Assembly: GCA_964016885.1 (NCBI GenBank)
Contig: OZ024740.1
Span: 295,120,001 to 295,184,000 of the forward strand
DNA length: 64,000 nt
From: Eledone cirrhosa
Lineage: Eukaryota
Direction of reading: 5' to 3'
The stretch's first letter is position 1. The number at the start of each line of letters is the position of its first letter. Shown in pieces: positions 27,721 to 41,820 of the stretch. Made by a program: the position numbers and the translations under genes. The notes under the pieces were generated by a model, which worked only from the letters and a program-made list of their open reading frames with translations, searched no databases and was not told the origin of the DNA.

Positions 27721-28339
27721 TAATAGTAATATTTTGGCGGCTTCCCTTTTCAAAATGTTTATTTTTTATTAAAATTCCCCATAAACGATTTTGTTTAGAA
27801 TATTTCATATTTAAATTTGAAATGTAAAAAGTAGTCTCGTATCAAATTTCTTGTAATTAACACTCAAAATACCTATTTATAATTGACTGTCTTTCTGTTC
27901 TTCTCACCACTGCACTGCTCTCATCTCTGTTTCTTCTAGTCTATTCTAAGGCTTCTTAAATTGGAATCTGTTTATAAACTATAGTATTAAATTTGACAAG
28001 TTGATATCCAATAATCATATATTTTGTTGCGGAGACACCAACTGTCATTTCTGACAATATTGGATTCATTAAATGTTTATATGAAATTCAAAATTTTACT
28101 TCCTCCCTTTTCTTCATTTATGGGCATTTAAATGAATTTTTATTATTATTTTACTTAATGCATTCAAAACATCTATCGCAACTTATTAATATCCCACTCA
28201 GGATGCTATTGAATAGTGTATTTGAATATTTTTTGGGAGTGGATAGTGCATGTAGTGGTAGGGCCTAAGCGGTTTTGAACTATAATTACAAGGCATTACT
28301 ATATCAATATATATTTAAAGTAAGATGGTGGGTTTAAAA

Positions 28340-28480
28340 GGCAGCGAATCAGCAGAGTCGTTAGAAAGTCGGATAGAATGCAGTGCAGTATTTGTTTCCG
28401 GCTCTTTGTTCGCTGTGTTCAAATCAATCCGAGATAAACTTTGCTTTCATCCTTTCGAGGTCGATATATAAAGTACCAAT
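28340..28480 (+). mobile_element. Diverged SINE
   Basis: GTTCAAATC..CTTTGCTTTCATCCTTTCGAGGTCGAT..AAGTACCA. Confidence 0.65.
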
Positions 28481-28799
28481 CAAGTGAAGCCCATCAGTTA
28501 TACAGTTTCTGTATAACTGGTTTTACTCATAAGTTATTGTTCGACATGAGTCAATCAGAGAAGGATATACTGAGTATACATACATACATACATGCATGCA
28601 TGCATGAATGCATACATGATGGCTGGCCACTCATCAGATGAGCACGAACATTGATGACAGATTGACTTACAGTTGGTTGCTCCTACAAACGTGAGATAGG
28701 CAATGACGTTTGAAGCCGGTGAGGGACTTACAGAGTTTATCACAAAGTCTACAAACTAAATCCGAATCTATATTTACAACCTGATAGCTAGGCCTCTCA

Positions 28800-31700
28800 A
28801 TTGGAAGATCCTTATGGGTCTTTAAATGTGTTGTCTATGTGACTCCTGGGGTGGTTGTGGAGTCCTGTATTTGACAGGCACATTCGGCCAAATTCATGAC
28901 AAGCAAACTGAGGAAACGATGCCTCTACCTTCTCTCCCTCGCAGGCAGCTCTTTTGGTCTTTGCACAGCTCATTGTCTTTGTATGGAGTGATGGACATCC
29001 TTCATATATTTTTCCTCTCCATTTGTCTTTGTCGCTAGCCTCCACTTCCCAGTCGTGAAAGCCGAGATCAAGTTGTAACAACGAGTTTTTGACACAGTCC
29101 TTGAAACGCTTCTTGGGTTTTTGCTGAGGTCTTTTTCTTTCAGCCAGCTCTCCGCAAAATATCTGCTGGGAATACGGCTATCGTCCAGCCTTATCAGATG
29201 TCCTGCTCAACAACAACAGTACTTTGTGTATAAAAGCTTCTATACTAAGTGTATCAGCTTGATTCGGTACCTCTGTATCTGGAACATGCGAGAACCAATG
29301 TGTGGAAGCGCTCCAATAATTTTATGTTTCCTGCAAACTATCTAGGTCTCACCACAGTAAAGAAGGCTTGTACGAACACAGGTATTATAAAAAATTAACC
29401 TTGTTTTCTTTTTCAAGCCTTTGTGAGACGTCACACGGTCTTGAAGAGCAGAAAAGGCGTCAGTGGTTTTCCTTAGTCGGAGAGATATTTCATTATCCAG
29501 GGAGCAGTGACGGTTTAACGTACTACCAAGGTAGGTAAAATTGTCAACAACTTTCAGCTTCTTCCCACCGACGTAAATGGAAGGTTCCACATAGGTTGTG
29601 CCAGGTGCTGGTTGAAACATGACAACTGTTTTATCCAGACAGATTGTTAGACCAAAGGACTTACATGACTGGGACAACCTGTCCATGAAACACTTTATAT
29701 CAGCGGCAGTGTGTGAGACCAGGTCGCAGTCATCAGCATAGAAGAGATCGCGAACAAGAGTTAGAAGGACTCTTGATTTAGCGGGAAAACCGCGTATGTT
29801 AAGAAGCTTGCCTGTACTGCGATATCGCACATACACACCTTGGTTACAATTCTTGAAGGCATCATTAAGAACAATAGAGCAAAAGATGGAAAAAAAAGTT
29901 GGTGCAACCAGGTCTCCCTGTTTAACACCGTTCTCTATTTTTATTGGTTCATACATAATGCCTCCATCATTGACAGAACCCTCCATGCCATCATGGAAGG
30001 ACTTGACGAAGTTGATGTGGTTTGGGGACAGCCCAGCTTTCCCAAAACAACCCAGAGTGCTTCCCTGTATCGAAGGCCTTTGTGAGATCGACAGACTTGA
30101 TATAAGCACTGGCTCTGTTATACACACTTTTCTTTGATTTGGCGTGCTGTAAATACCATGTCCATGGTTCCTCTGTTTATTCGAAAGCCACACTGCGATT
30201 CTGGTAGAACCCTGACAGAGAAATGGGAGTTCAGTCTGGTCAGAATTACACCAGACAAAATCTTTCTGGCTGTGTATAAAAGAGCTATGCCTCGGTAGCT
30301 TCCGCAAAGTTCGTGGGTACTTTTGCCCTTGTACAGAGGAACCATTATAGCATCTCTCCATTCCTTTGGGACTTCTCCAGCCATCTAGACATCCGAAATA
30401 ACACCATGCATGACATAAGACAAATTGTGTCCTCCGAATCAAAAGATCTCAGCAAAGAGACCATCTCGACTAGCTGCTTTTCCAAGATTTAGCTTAGCAA
30501 CTGAGTTACGCACCTTTTCCAGGGAGGGTGGTGTATCCATTGCGTAGACTACGGGCTGCTGATCTATAGAACCCAAAACTGCAGCATCCACGAGTTCTGT
30601 TCACGAGTTCAGAAAAGTGTTCTCTCTATCGACTGGAGATTTTGTCCATAGTTGTGTGTAGGCCACTGCCATAATTTGTCCTCATATGTGTGATTTTCGC
30701 TGCATGGGGCCCCAAAGCCTGTTTCATTAGACTATATAGTTCATTGATATTTTTTGAATCAGCAGCAACCTGCATCTCTGCTGCAAGACTTCACCACTAG
30801 GTGTCCTGCATTTCCTGCATTGTGCATTGTGCATTAGCCTTAGCTAGCTTAAATTCATCCTTTAGTTGTTTTCTCTGTACTTCTGATAGATTTTTCTGCA
30901 AGAGACGGCTACGTATATTGTTCTTAGTAGCAAGAATAGCACTTGTTGCTTGGACATTTTCTCTCTAAACCAATACCGAAATTTAAAAGACGTTGTATCC
31001 ACAACATCCTTAGTGGCATTGTATATTTTATCACTGGCTCCTTTCCATGGGTTTAGATATGTTACTGTTCTGAGTGTCCTGGAGGATGGCTTGTGTATCT
31101 GGAGAGTGGAGTTTAGAAACATCAAGACATCTGGGAAGCTTGACTATCTAACGTGACCTAACAGGGACTTAATGACCAAATACATCTTCGATCCTACATG
31201 AGTATGGTCTGACCAGTACTTTGCACAACACAAGGAACAAACATCTTTCATGTCACGTTTACAGACAATTACGTAGTCTAGCAGGTGCCATTGCTTGGAC
31301 CTTGGATGTATGCATGTTGTTACACGGTCGCTTTTGGATTAGAATTGTATGCTGGAAATAAACAGCTTAAATTCGGTGCACAGTTCGAGCAGAAGTAAGC
31401 TGTTGTTGTTTACCTCACTCACACCAAATCGTCCAAGGCAACTCCATTGTCAAATCTGGCATTGAAGTCACCAAGAAGGATAATCTTGTCTTAATTGGGA
31501 ATAGATCGCAGTAAATTTCGGAGATCTTCGTAAAACCGGTTCTTATCATCCTCAGTTCTCACGAGGGTAGGTACATATATGCTGATCAGGATAACATATC
31601 TACCTTTACTTAGATGGAGACGGAGTGTCATGATTCTATTGGTGATATCACGGGGAAACTTACACATCTCAGAGACTATGGTTTTACAGATTGCGAATCC

Positions 31701-32400
31701 AACACCAGCTTCTCTTTGATCTTAAAACGTTCTACCTTTCCAGAAAAAAAGGTATAACCTCCAGAAGGTTCTTGGATTTGACCATGTTCAGCTTGTCCAG
31801 TCACTGAAAGGGCAACTATATCTAAGTCTTATATTGAATCTTTTAGGCATTTTGTTGTTTGGAGCACATAGTGGACATCCGCCAGCCACAATAAACTGGT
31901 CAGAAGGATTAAAGAAGCAGGCAATATTTGGCTTACGTTTTCTAGATCCCCTTCAGATTTATTGGTGAGCAGTTCTATCCCTAAAAGGGCTGCTCAGTCA
32001 CCCTTGGAGCCACCGAAAGTCATCTCTGTCCCAAATCGATGAACTAGCGACTTTGTATCTACAATGGACCGCCTGTCGGCAGCTATGTATCTCCAGTCCA
32101 TCAGGCCTGAATACGTCACTACCTTCCTATCGCCACGATACTTCAAAAGTCAAGAATACAAAATATTAAGTGTTAAGTGTCAGCAATGCCCGTGCAAGTG
32201 TGTTAAGTCGGATGTGGCTTGCACAACACACAACGACTGACACTAACAATACCAAGAAGCCTAGAGACAAGCAAATTGCAAGATATCCAGCTCCGTAGAG
32301 CAGAGGATTTTATCTACCAGTTAGCCTTTTCCTAGAGGGGTGCCTTGACAAAGACCAGGGGTTCCTCACTCTCAGTGGGTTTACAGCACCCTTGGAAACC
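28800..32400 (-). mobile_element. RTE-clade (BovB-like) LINE, near full length, decayed
   Basis: EN relics 31150-31830; PESQCGFR, GVKQG, LFYADDCDL, FTYLGS, LLYCGET; C-terminal C..GR.C.S..GLHNH. Confidence 0.85.
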
Positions 32401-32809
32401 AACCCGAGTATTTCTATGATCTGGCATATGTACATAGATTAACACACGGAAAAAAATAATAATAAAAAATAAAAATTAACTGGCGTTTGTACATAGATTT
32501 AAAAGTTAAAAGGTTAAGATATATGTAAAATATAAAAATATAAAAGATATCAAAATGTAAAAGATTAAGATGTAAAAATTAAAACAAAACATAGACCCAT
32601 TCACACAATATATACATCTGTACATAGAATTGGATGGCCGTTTACTCTCATGAGTTCATCTGCCCTTTATCAAGTTTTGTTTTTATATATGTATGTATAT
32701 GGTGGCTGCAAACTCTGCGAAGAGTATTGCAATCGCTTGTCAAATTACAGAAAATTGTGCACTTTTAGGCTACGGCCAGCCACACGAACCTGTAACACAT
32801 CCTGAACAA

Positions 32810-33590
32810 GAAATGCCTGTGCTTTTTAAGTGTTTTTAAGTGGGAAAAGGCCTTGCACTAGCCAATCCCACTCTCCGAGCATAAAAAAACGAAAAGGAGA
32901 ACTGGTCAACATCATCGGATGTTTCCGAAGCCGCAGGGTATTTTCAGAGTTTCCCTCTCTTAGAAAGGTGTTGTGACAACAACTGGGGGGCTTTCACACT
33001 CAGGTGAAAAAAACAAAAAGTACTATTTGGATGGTCGTTAACTCTGCTGAGTTCCTCCACCATTGGCCGGGTCTTGTATTTCATCCCGCAAGGTGTCCAA
33101 ATATCACCCTCCTCACCAAGCAAGCTTGGTGGGGTTGCCGGTTTAGTCGCCGACGACCCGTCCATGAAACAGGTTGTACTGGGTTATATGCTACCAGTAG
33201 CCCCGTGCTTTGAATGTTTTTTAAGTGGGGAAAGGCCTTGCACCCAACCAATCCCACTCTCTGAGCATTGAAAACACTACCCGAAAAGGAGAACTGTTCA
33301 GCATCATCGGATGTTTCCGAAGCCGCAGGTTTTTTTCAGAGTTTCCCTCTCCTAGAAAGGTGTTGTGACAACAAATGGAGGCCTTTCACTCCCAGGTGGA
33401 AAAAAAGTACTATTTGGATGGCCGTTGCCTTTGCTGAGTTCCTTCTCCCTTTGCCGGGTTTTGTATTTCATCCTGCAGGGTGTCCAAATATCACCCTCCT
33501 CACCAAGCAAGCTTGGTGGGGTTGCCGTTTTATTCGCCGATGACCTGACCATGAGACAGGTTGGACTGGGTTACATGTTACCAGTAGCAC
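32810..33590 (-). repeat. Two ~390-bp tandem units resembling an RTE 5' UTR; related partial copies at 59935-60105 and 62390-62560
   Basis: Direct similarity 32810-33195 vs 33200-33590; motif CTA(A/G)GAGAGGGAAACTCTG. Confidence 0.6.
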
Positions 33591-33897
33591 TCGAAAGCGA
33601 CCTGACATAACGTACACACATAATATATACATACATACTTAGGTGTTTTGCGTCATACATACATTTGGGGTCGGATGTGATTCCTGGCAGTCTTTGTTCT
33701 GGAGTCAACTTTGCCTTTCAACCTGGGATCGATCTAAAAAATATCCCCCAAGGACAGAAAATTAGTGAAATTGTTAGAACCGGTGGACAAAATACCTTGT
33801 GGTATTTGTTTCTAATCCTGGCCCTCTGAGTTCATATGCAAACACACATGTGTATGTATGTACGTATGTATGTATCTATGTATATAGCCTGGAAGGG

Positions 33898-33940
<43 letters not shown>

Positions 33941-34139
33941 AGGGCGGTGGAACTGGAGGTGGGGGTAGGGCATTGGACCATGCCCCTCACTCCAATAATT
34001 ATATTTTTCTCCCCAAAATACAAAAAAACACACATCTATTTGTATTTGCACTACAATTTATGTACATGTTATGTAGAGATAGACGGGGGAGATAGACACA
34101 GATATAGAGAGGGGGAGAGTTTGGTGGTAGATATAAATT

Positions 34140-37100
34140 TCTATTTATTTGCCACCAGGGCATCAAAGATTGGGACAAATACAAAGGGAGGGGGGGGTTA
34201 CATACATTTAAAAAGACGTGTAAAAAACATATAACAAATTAAATTTAACAATCGATGTCCTCAATAGGGAGGGGCGTTGACATGGGTCGCACACACCCCC
34301 GAAAAAATGTGCAACCCTCCTCTTCAGGAGCACAAAGAGCGGGTGCTTCCTTCCTCTTCTCATTCTTCTCCTCTCTCACCTACAGGCTGATATAGAGAGA
34401 AGGCCCATTCACTCGGGCCATTCTCGCTACTTTCACCCACCTTTCATAAAACTTGCTGGGGTAGAGCACCTCTCTCTCCATTCTGATCCTTCTTCTAAAG
34501 TGGTACTTGAAAAAAAAGACCAGTTGTTGACTGGAGAGAAAGGTGTCTGACCTCAGCTCTTTCAACCTTGTCCACCATACAACTTCTTTCGCCATAGCTA
34601 TCACACAGAGGAAAACCGCCTCTCCTTCATTTCTGAAAGGGGGAGGTGGTTTGATCGTGACAATGTTCTCGGTGGTCAACCGGATTGGTCCCCCCGCGAC
34701 AGTAGTCGTTCCACATAGCCCCACAGGTCAGCAAGGCCCGGGAAGTGTACGAATGCGTGTGCGACGGTTTCCTCGTCACGCACGCATCTCGGACAGATTT
34801 TCTTCGAGGGGTCCCTACCCGGGCGACCGTGTCTGTAGAGCTTGTGCCGAACGGGTAGAGCTCCTCGGTAACATTGCCAAGCCAGAGACTTTTGGAAGTT
34901 GTCCATCGGTCCCGGGTCAAACGTCCTACCGAACAGACTGCGCACCAACCCTCTATAGAATGTTGAGGTTGAGTCTCCACTGATTGCCGGATCCACTTGC
35001 CAGAGGGTCGTGAGCGCCTGGGCACATTCAATGTGCCAGTCGCCCACTTTTCTCGGTCTTTGCTTGACCCAGGATTGCAGCTCGGTGAGTGAAACGAGTC
35101 TCGGAAAGGCTCGCCTCACAAACAGGGCCCACACCGGCTGACCGGTGAGGAATACCTGGAAGTGCCGTAGCCTTAATGCGTGTCTACGCATTGTCAGCCA
35201 CGGCATCCCCAGCCCTCCGTTCGAAGGGTGTTGACAGCAGATGGATCTTCTCACCAAAGGAGCCCGCTTCTTCCAAAGAAATCGGAAGGACGCGCGCTCC
35301 ATTTTGGCGAGTTTTTTCTCTGGGCAAGGCACGACGGTCAAGCGGTAGTAGATGACGGACGCTATATAAGCGTTCGTCACCTCCGCTCGACCTTTCAGGG
35401 ATAGTTTGCACTCGGCCCACTTCTGGGGGAGTGCAAACACCTTGCCCGTTACCTTGTCCCAGTTTTTCTCCACCTGGAGGTCCGGTCCGAACCAGACCCC
35501 GAGCAACTTCACCGGTCCCTCCGTCCAGCGTCCGACGATGCCGTCGGAGGGCATCGTTTTTCCCCTCCACGTCCCGAGTTGCAAACCGACGGACTTGTCC
35601 CGGTTCAGCTTGGCTCCTGTGAACCTTTCATATTCCTCCAGTAAGGTGCCGATCTGCCCGATTTCCGAGGCGCACGACACCATTACTGTCACGTCATCGG
35701 CGTAGGCCGACACCGCTTTCCGCAATCCCGGTTCCAAGGGGATGCCCTGCAACAGCTCCAGCTTCCGCAGTAGTGGCTCGAGAGCCAGCACATACAGGAG
35801 GGAGGAGAGAGGGCATCCCTGTCGGATGGAGCGCGTGATTTGGAACGGCTCCGAGAGGTAGCCGTTCACCTTGACCCTCGAGCAGGTGTTGCTGCTGTGC
35901 ATTGCAGCAATCCAGCTCCTGAAAACGGGTCCGAAGCCTGCCGCCGCGAGCACCGCATCCAGGTACCGATGGTCAACCCTATCGAACGCCTTAGATTGAT
36001 CCAAGTTGACCAGAGCCCCACCAAAGCCGGGTTCGTTCCCTACCCTCTCTAGGATGTATCGTATGAGGTGGAGGTTGTCGTGTATGAACCTGGACGGGAT
36101 TGCGCATGTCTGCGCTTCTCCCACCAGGTTCCCGACGAGCAGCGCCAACCTCTTCGCTAACACCTTCGCCAAAATCTTTAACTCTGTGTTTAGCAGAGTT
36201 ATGGGCCTGAAGTTATCTATGTCATCCCCCTTGTTCTCGTCCTTCCTCACCAGCGTGACTACGCCCTTGGTCACAGAACTGGGAATTCTCCTGTTCTGTT
36301 GCCAGTTGCAGTAGACCGCTTCGAGGAGACCGGAGAACAAGCCCGGCATCGCTACATAAAGTTCGTATGGTAGACCATCGAGACCCGGAGATTTGCGTTT
36401 GCCGCATTGGCTCAGCGCTTCCCCTATTTCAGCGGCTAAAATCGGCCTCTCGCAGGACTTCGCCTCCCCGTCCGAGAGCCACGCCAGACAGTCGAGGTAT
36501 GGACCGAAATCCATGGTCCCACCCGGCTCGCCGCCCCTCCCGAACAGTCGTGCAAAGCGCCGTTGAAAGGCCGTGCTCATCCGCTCAGGTTCAAGGATCA
36601 CGCGTCCATCCTGGTCCTTCAAAGACCGAATCGTGGACTTGTTTCCACTTTTTGCCTCTGTCACTCGGGCCCAGCTAACAGCTTTGGCTCCCTTGTTACC
36701 CAGAGCACGTATTTTACTCCTGACAACGCAGCCCTCGTGCTTCGCATCAAAGAACTGGTCTAGAGCCGTTCTTGACGCCAGCACGCCGGCCACGTTGCCA
36801 CTTCTAATCGCCTCTTCTACTCTATTTGTTAATTCCCTTTCAGTTCTATTCCTATCTGATGCTAATTCCCGACTAAAACCTATCGATTCTATTCTAATTT
36901 CTCTCTTGAGAGAGCCCCACCACCTGCTGTTGACAATTGCCCCCGTCAAACGCTGCTTAACTAGTGTGCTAACCCGCTTACTGTAAGCTTTGTTTGTCGG
37001 TAAAGACAAGTTTAGCTTCCAGTAACCGGGTCCCTGTCTATGAGTTCTATCAAGGTTGACCACTCCGGTCACCAACTTGTGATCCGAATAGTCAACCATG

Positions 37101-38570
37101 AACATTCGTGGACAGCTTAATATGTCCCTATCCTTATTTCTAACTAGGAACCTATCTAGGTACGACCTAGATGTTCCACTACGATTAGTCAACGTCCACA
37201 GTGGCACAGTCGGAATATCTAGTCAATATCTATCGGCCAGATCAAATCGGCCGATTAATCGTTTGAGGCTGTTACACCCCCCTCTATCGGGACATGCCCC
37301 TACATAGTCCCAACGTGCATCCAGGATACCATTCCAGTCCCCCACTAAAAGCAAGGAGCGAGACGTTCCCAGGAAATTCTCCAGGCGTCGGAAGAAGTCC
37401 GGTCGCGGTGTCCCAGATGAGGCATACGCTGCCACCAGCCTGAAAGCTCCACGTCTAAAACCACCACTGCCGACGTCTAAAACCACCAGTCGACCCTCCG
37501 GGTCCAGGTGTACCTTCTGTGTGGCAAGACCCAGGTATTTTCGCAGAAGAACGACAACCCCACCCCCACTCCTCGGCTGACAGAGAGATGCGTAGATCTC
37601 AAAGTCGTCGAAGATGGGGCCAGTTGGCGCTCGCTGCTGATCCTGGACTCGCAAATAACCATTACATCCACTCTGTGCGACCTGAGGTCATATAGGAGTT
37701 TGCCCTGTTTCCAGGACATCCCCAAACCGCGTGCATTCACACATCCAACTCTTATATTGGCCATGTTGGTGCTGAAGAGTTAAAAAGGAAGAGGAAAGGA
37801 AATTACTTACCTCTTCGTCTCCTGGGGACCAGGCTGCACAATTTCCATGGGGGTGTTGGAAGGGTTGTTTGGTGGGCTGGTGGTTTGTGGTGGGGTGAGG
37901 ACATCAGTGTGTGGTGGGATTAGGGTGTTTGGTGGGGTGTGGGTGTGGGTGTCTGGGTATGGTTCTTTTTCAAAGTTACATAGGTTTCCCTTGGGACCCT
38001 AATCATCATTAGGTGCGGTTTGTTCGCTGTGTAGGTGAAAGTGATCCCTTCGGTTTCCACCGAAGGGTTATTTTCTATCGCTTTCATCAAAGTTTTATTG
38101 TTCTTGTTAATGTATGTATAGAGTTTTTGTTGTGTTGTCTTTGTTTTTGTTTGTTGTTCTTGTGCGTGTTTGCGTTTTGTAGTATGTGTTATGTTTTGGG
38201 GAGAGGTGGGTTTTTTGTTTGTGATGTTTGTTCTGTTTGTGCTGGTGGTTGTGTGTTTGTAGCATTTTTGTTAATGTGGTGCCTTTTTTTTTCCTTTTCA
38301 CCTGTTGAAAGGGTTCTCCCTCGTCGTCACTGGGTGACGTTGATACGGAGTCCTCTTCCGTGTTGTTGGGGAGGGGTATATTTTGGGGTTTTGTTGTGGT
38401 TGCTTTTGTATTTGTTTTAGGTGGGGAGGGGTTGGGTGGAACAGTGTTTTGTATTGTTATTTTTCCGTGTTGTTGTGGTTGTTGTTGTTGTTGTTGTTGT
38501 GGTGGTGGTGGTTGTGTTGTTGTGTTCGGGGTTGGCAGAAGAGCCTTTTTTTTTTTACTCGTTACTTGTT
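34140..38570 (-). mobile_element. Tx1/L1-clade LINE: ORF1 remnant, EN+RT ORF2 and 3' UTR
   Basis: MANIRVGCVNARGL, LLLVGDWNGI, SYLDRFLV, SDHKLV, RT motifs, CPRC..HAF knuckle; frameshifts near 37650 and 34700, stop at 37223; paralog of 1-2820. Confidence 0.92.
34380..37764 (-). pseudogene. LINE ORF2 (APE endonuclease plus RT), disrupted
   Basis: ORF pieces 37477-37764, 37223-37654, 34676-37207, 34380-34724. Confidence 0.9.
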
Positions 38571-38580
38571 TTAAAGTAGT

Positions 38581-39310
38581 TTTAAAGTAGTGACAAATTC
38601 ACTCACTTTGATCTCAGCAAACAGGGGAGATAAGCCGACATGACATGTTTCGCTTTGGTTGAAGCTTATCAAGGCCAACTACCCCTATATTGCTATTTCA
38701 GAGCTCCAATTCTAATTTTTAATTTCTGCCTGACCAACAACCGCTCTGCATAATCAGCTCCTGATTATTTACTAGATTTCTATAAGAATATAACATCATT
38801 GATCTCAGTAGACAGGTGGGGTAGTTGGCCTTGATAAGCTTCAACCAAAGCGAAACATGTCATGTCGGCTTATCTCCCCTGTTTGCTGAGATCAAAGTGA
38901 GTGAATTTGTCACTACTTTAAAACAATAGCTTACGGTCTTCAAAATGCTTTTAATTAAGCATAAAGTGTATTGCAAAATACATTATGTATACATCCATAT
39001 ATATATTGCTATTTCAGAGCTCCAATTCTAATTTTTAATTTCTGCCTGACCAACAACCGCTCTGCATAATCAGCTCCTGATTATTTACTAGATTTCTATA
39101 AGAATATAACATCATTGATCTCAGTAGACAGGTGGGGTTGTTGGCCTTGATAAGCTTCAACCAAAGCGAAACATATCATGTCGGCTTATCTCCCCTGTTT
39201 GCTGAGATCAAAGTGAGTGAATTTGTCACTACTTTAAAACAATAGCTTACGGTCTTCAAAATGCTTTTAATTAAGCATAAAGTGTATTGCAAAATACATT
39301 ATATATACAT

Positions 39311-39317
<7 letters not shown>
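38581..39317 (+). mobile_element. Hammerhead-bearing 316-bp tandem repeat (2 units) preceded by an inverted partial unit
   Basis: Units begin 38686 and 39002; 38581-38685 is the reverse complement of 38818-38922. Confidence 0.85.
38818..38879 (+). ncRNA. Hammerhead with U3-A8 core; copies 39134-39195(+) and 38624-38685(-)
   Basis: gcc TTGATAA GCTT caacca AAGC GAAA CATGTCAT GTC ggc. Confidence 0.75.
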
Positions 39318-39352
<35 letters not shown>

Positions 39353-39386
39353 AACAAAAACAAAGAGCGCTTACATCATCAATTAA

Positions 39387-39450
39387 TCTTTATTTGCTGA
39401 CAGTGTTTCGTCCTTGCATAATTGCAGGACTCATCAGAGCGTTATAAAGA
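39387..39450 (-). ncRNA. Canonical type I hammerhead
   Basis: tctttat aac gct CTGATGA GTCCTGCA atta TGCA(A)GGAC GAAA C act GTC agc aa ataaaga. Confidence 0.88.
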
Positions 39451-40177
39451 GGAATTAGATCAATAGTATAAACTCTACCGACCTATATCACAAGAACGAT
39501 CCATATGTAGCACAGAGGACTAAGAAGAGTGGGGTGCTTGGACGACGCGTCACCGCTAAAAGCCGATACATATTAAGACCAAAATCAGTTACAATAATTA
39601 AAGATAAGGAAAAATAAGGAAAAATAAAAGATAAGGAAATTAAAGATAAGAAATAAAACGTAAAGAGTAGAGTCTAGAAGTAAGGATAAAATAAAGATAA
39701 CAATAAAGTGATGATAATATAAGGAAATATAAAAATAATAACAAATAATAAAAATAAAAATAAACATTAGAATAAAAAATAGGAGGTGATAAAAATAAAA
39801 ATGAAAATGAAATAATAATGCAATGCAAATAAATGCAATTAAATGTGGTTGTAGACAGTAGAGGACGAGGGGTGACAGTTTAAGAATGGTATCAACCAAA
39901 GTGAATGTAAGCAGAGTCAGATATATCGGGAGCCAGATGAAGCGATCATATAGTGGAACTCCATGTATCCATCACAGTATGGCAACAAGCGTTATAGGTG
40001 GCGTTCACATGCAATTTATCTGTGTGGTTCACAGAACATACAGGTCGCTAAAGCAAAGTGTAGTGGAAGATGGTGAAAGCAATCATCATATATATCAGTA
40101 GAACATCACGTTTGCGTGTGTGTGTGTGTGTGTGTGTGTTAGTCTACATAGACCCACGCACACACGCACACACGCAC

Positions 40178-40276
<99 letters not shown>

Positions 40277-40696
40277 CATATATATATACATACATACATA
40301 CATACATGTATCTACGTGTTCCACTCGTCCGTGTTATCCCTTACGATTACAATATCATCTACTCCAGTCTCATGCCGTGATCAATACCTCCGCATCATAG
40401 CTGTGGGGCTGTGAATCCATGCAATCCTAAGTTTCCCAGCATACCACGTGGCGTAACGAATGACTTAAATTCTCCAAGTCAAATAGGTATAGATGTAATC
40501 ATACGTATCAAGCTGTAAGGTACATTCGGCGCATCCATAGTATCGCTTACTATATTCCGACCTGGTACAATGTTAATCCAATATGCTTAAATTTAATTAA
40601 TTAAATCAAATCAATTGACCGTTTAATTCCAGTGTTTATAGCTTTCCGGCGCTTCTGTGTTCTTCACTTTGCCCACATTATATATATATATATATA

Positions 40697-40945
40697 CAGT
40701 AGTCCCCCAGTATTCGCGGGGGTTACGTTCCTAGAGCACACGCGAAGAGGGAACAACCGCGAATATTGGACGTGGTCCATACAAATGTCTATAAATGTCA
40801 AAATATAACGTAAAATATAAGCCGGCAAATATGGTATATTGTTATGAATAATTTAACGTTTAAAATCGTGAAAAATATATATTGCCACGAAAAAATATCC
40901 ATTAAAAAATCGCGGAAGATATTTACGATTCCGCAAATATGCGAT
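40697..40945. mobile_element. Tigger/pogo-like MITE end
   Basis: TA|CAGTAGTCCCCCAGTATTCGCGG start with repeated CGCGAA motifs. Confidence 0.5.
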
Positions 40946-41211
40946 ATATATATATATATATATATATGCAGGAGCGTTGGAACTGGGGGATGGGTGGTGG
41001 AAGTAGGGATATCCCTCCCTCAGTAATATTTTTTCTCCCCAAAACACATCTATTTACGTACATGTGTTTATCGCATATCGAAGTTTTCTGACCATTTTAC
41101 AACAAACATTGACCAAATTTGAGCGCCCCAATTCATATTGCCAGGTGGTGCTGTTAAGTTAGACCTGGCCTTGGTCAATACTGGCCAACACCTATCAAAG
41201 TTATCAAAGTG

Positions 41212-41284
<73 letters not shown>

Positions 41285-41820
41285 TGAGCATGTGTGTGCG
41301 TATGTTTAATTATATGTATATATGTATATATATATAAATATGTATATTATGGTGGTCCTTAGCAATAGGTAATTTTTCGAAAGTTACATTTTGCTGCTCC
41401 CACCATCTAATCCTGTTCCAATTAACAAAGGCACGGAGTGTGGAAAATTTCAGCTAAATCTGACAACTATTAGGCGACCCTCAAACGCCTTGAAGTTGGA
41501 ACATAGTATACGCAACGATTAATTCTGTTCAAAAGCGGAATACTATTCCTTATCTCGACCATTTTCTTTTTTCTTCTTAAAGAAATTTATGTGGGCATAT
41601 CCAGGCAACCCCAGCAAATGTTAAAAAACGTTCTGAATCAAATTTACTAATAGTTAATTTGAAAAATTCCCGAAATAACATGAAAACCTAAAGATATATT
41701 AGGTTTTCTTAAAACCTAACTTCTAAAAGAAACGCATTTTTATTTACAACAATGATTTCTATAGAATCAAAAACATAATGTGAATACTGGACACAGAATA
41801 TTGAACATTATTTTTACATA

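Noticed and set aside
32310-32400. HDV-like ribozyme at the RTE 5' end
   Set aside because: A 7-bp GGGTGCT/GGCACCC helix exists but P1.1, P2 and P3 could not be assigned.
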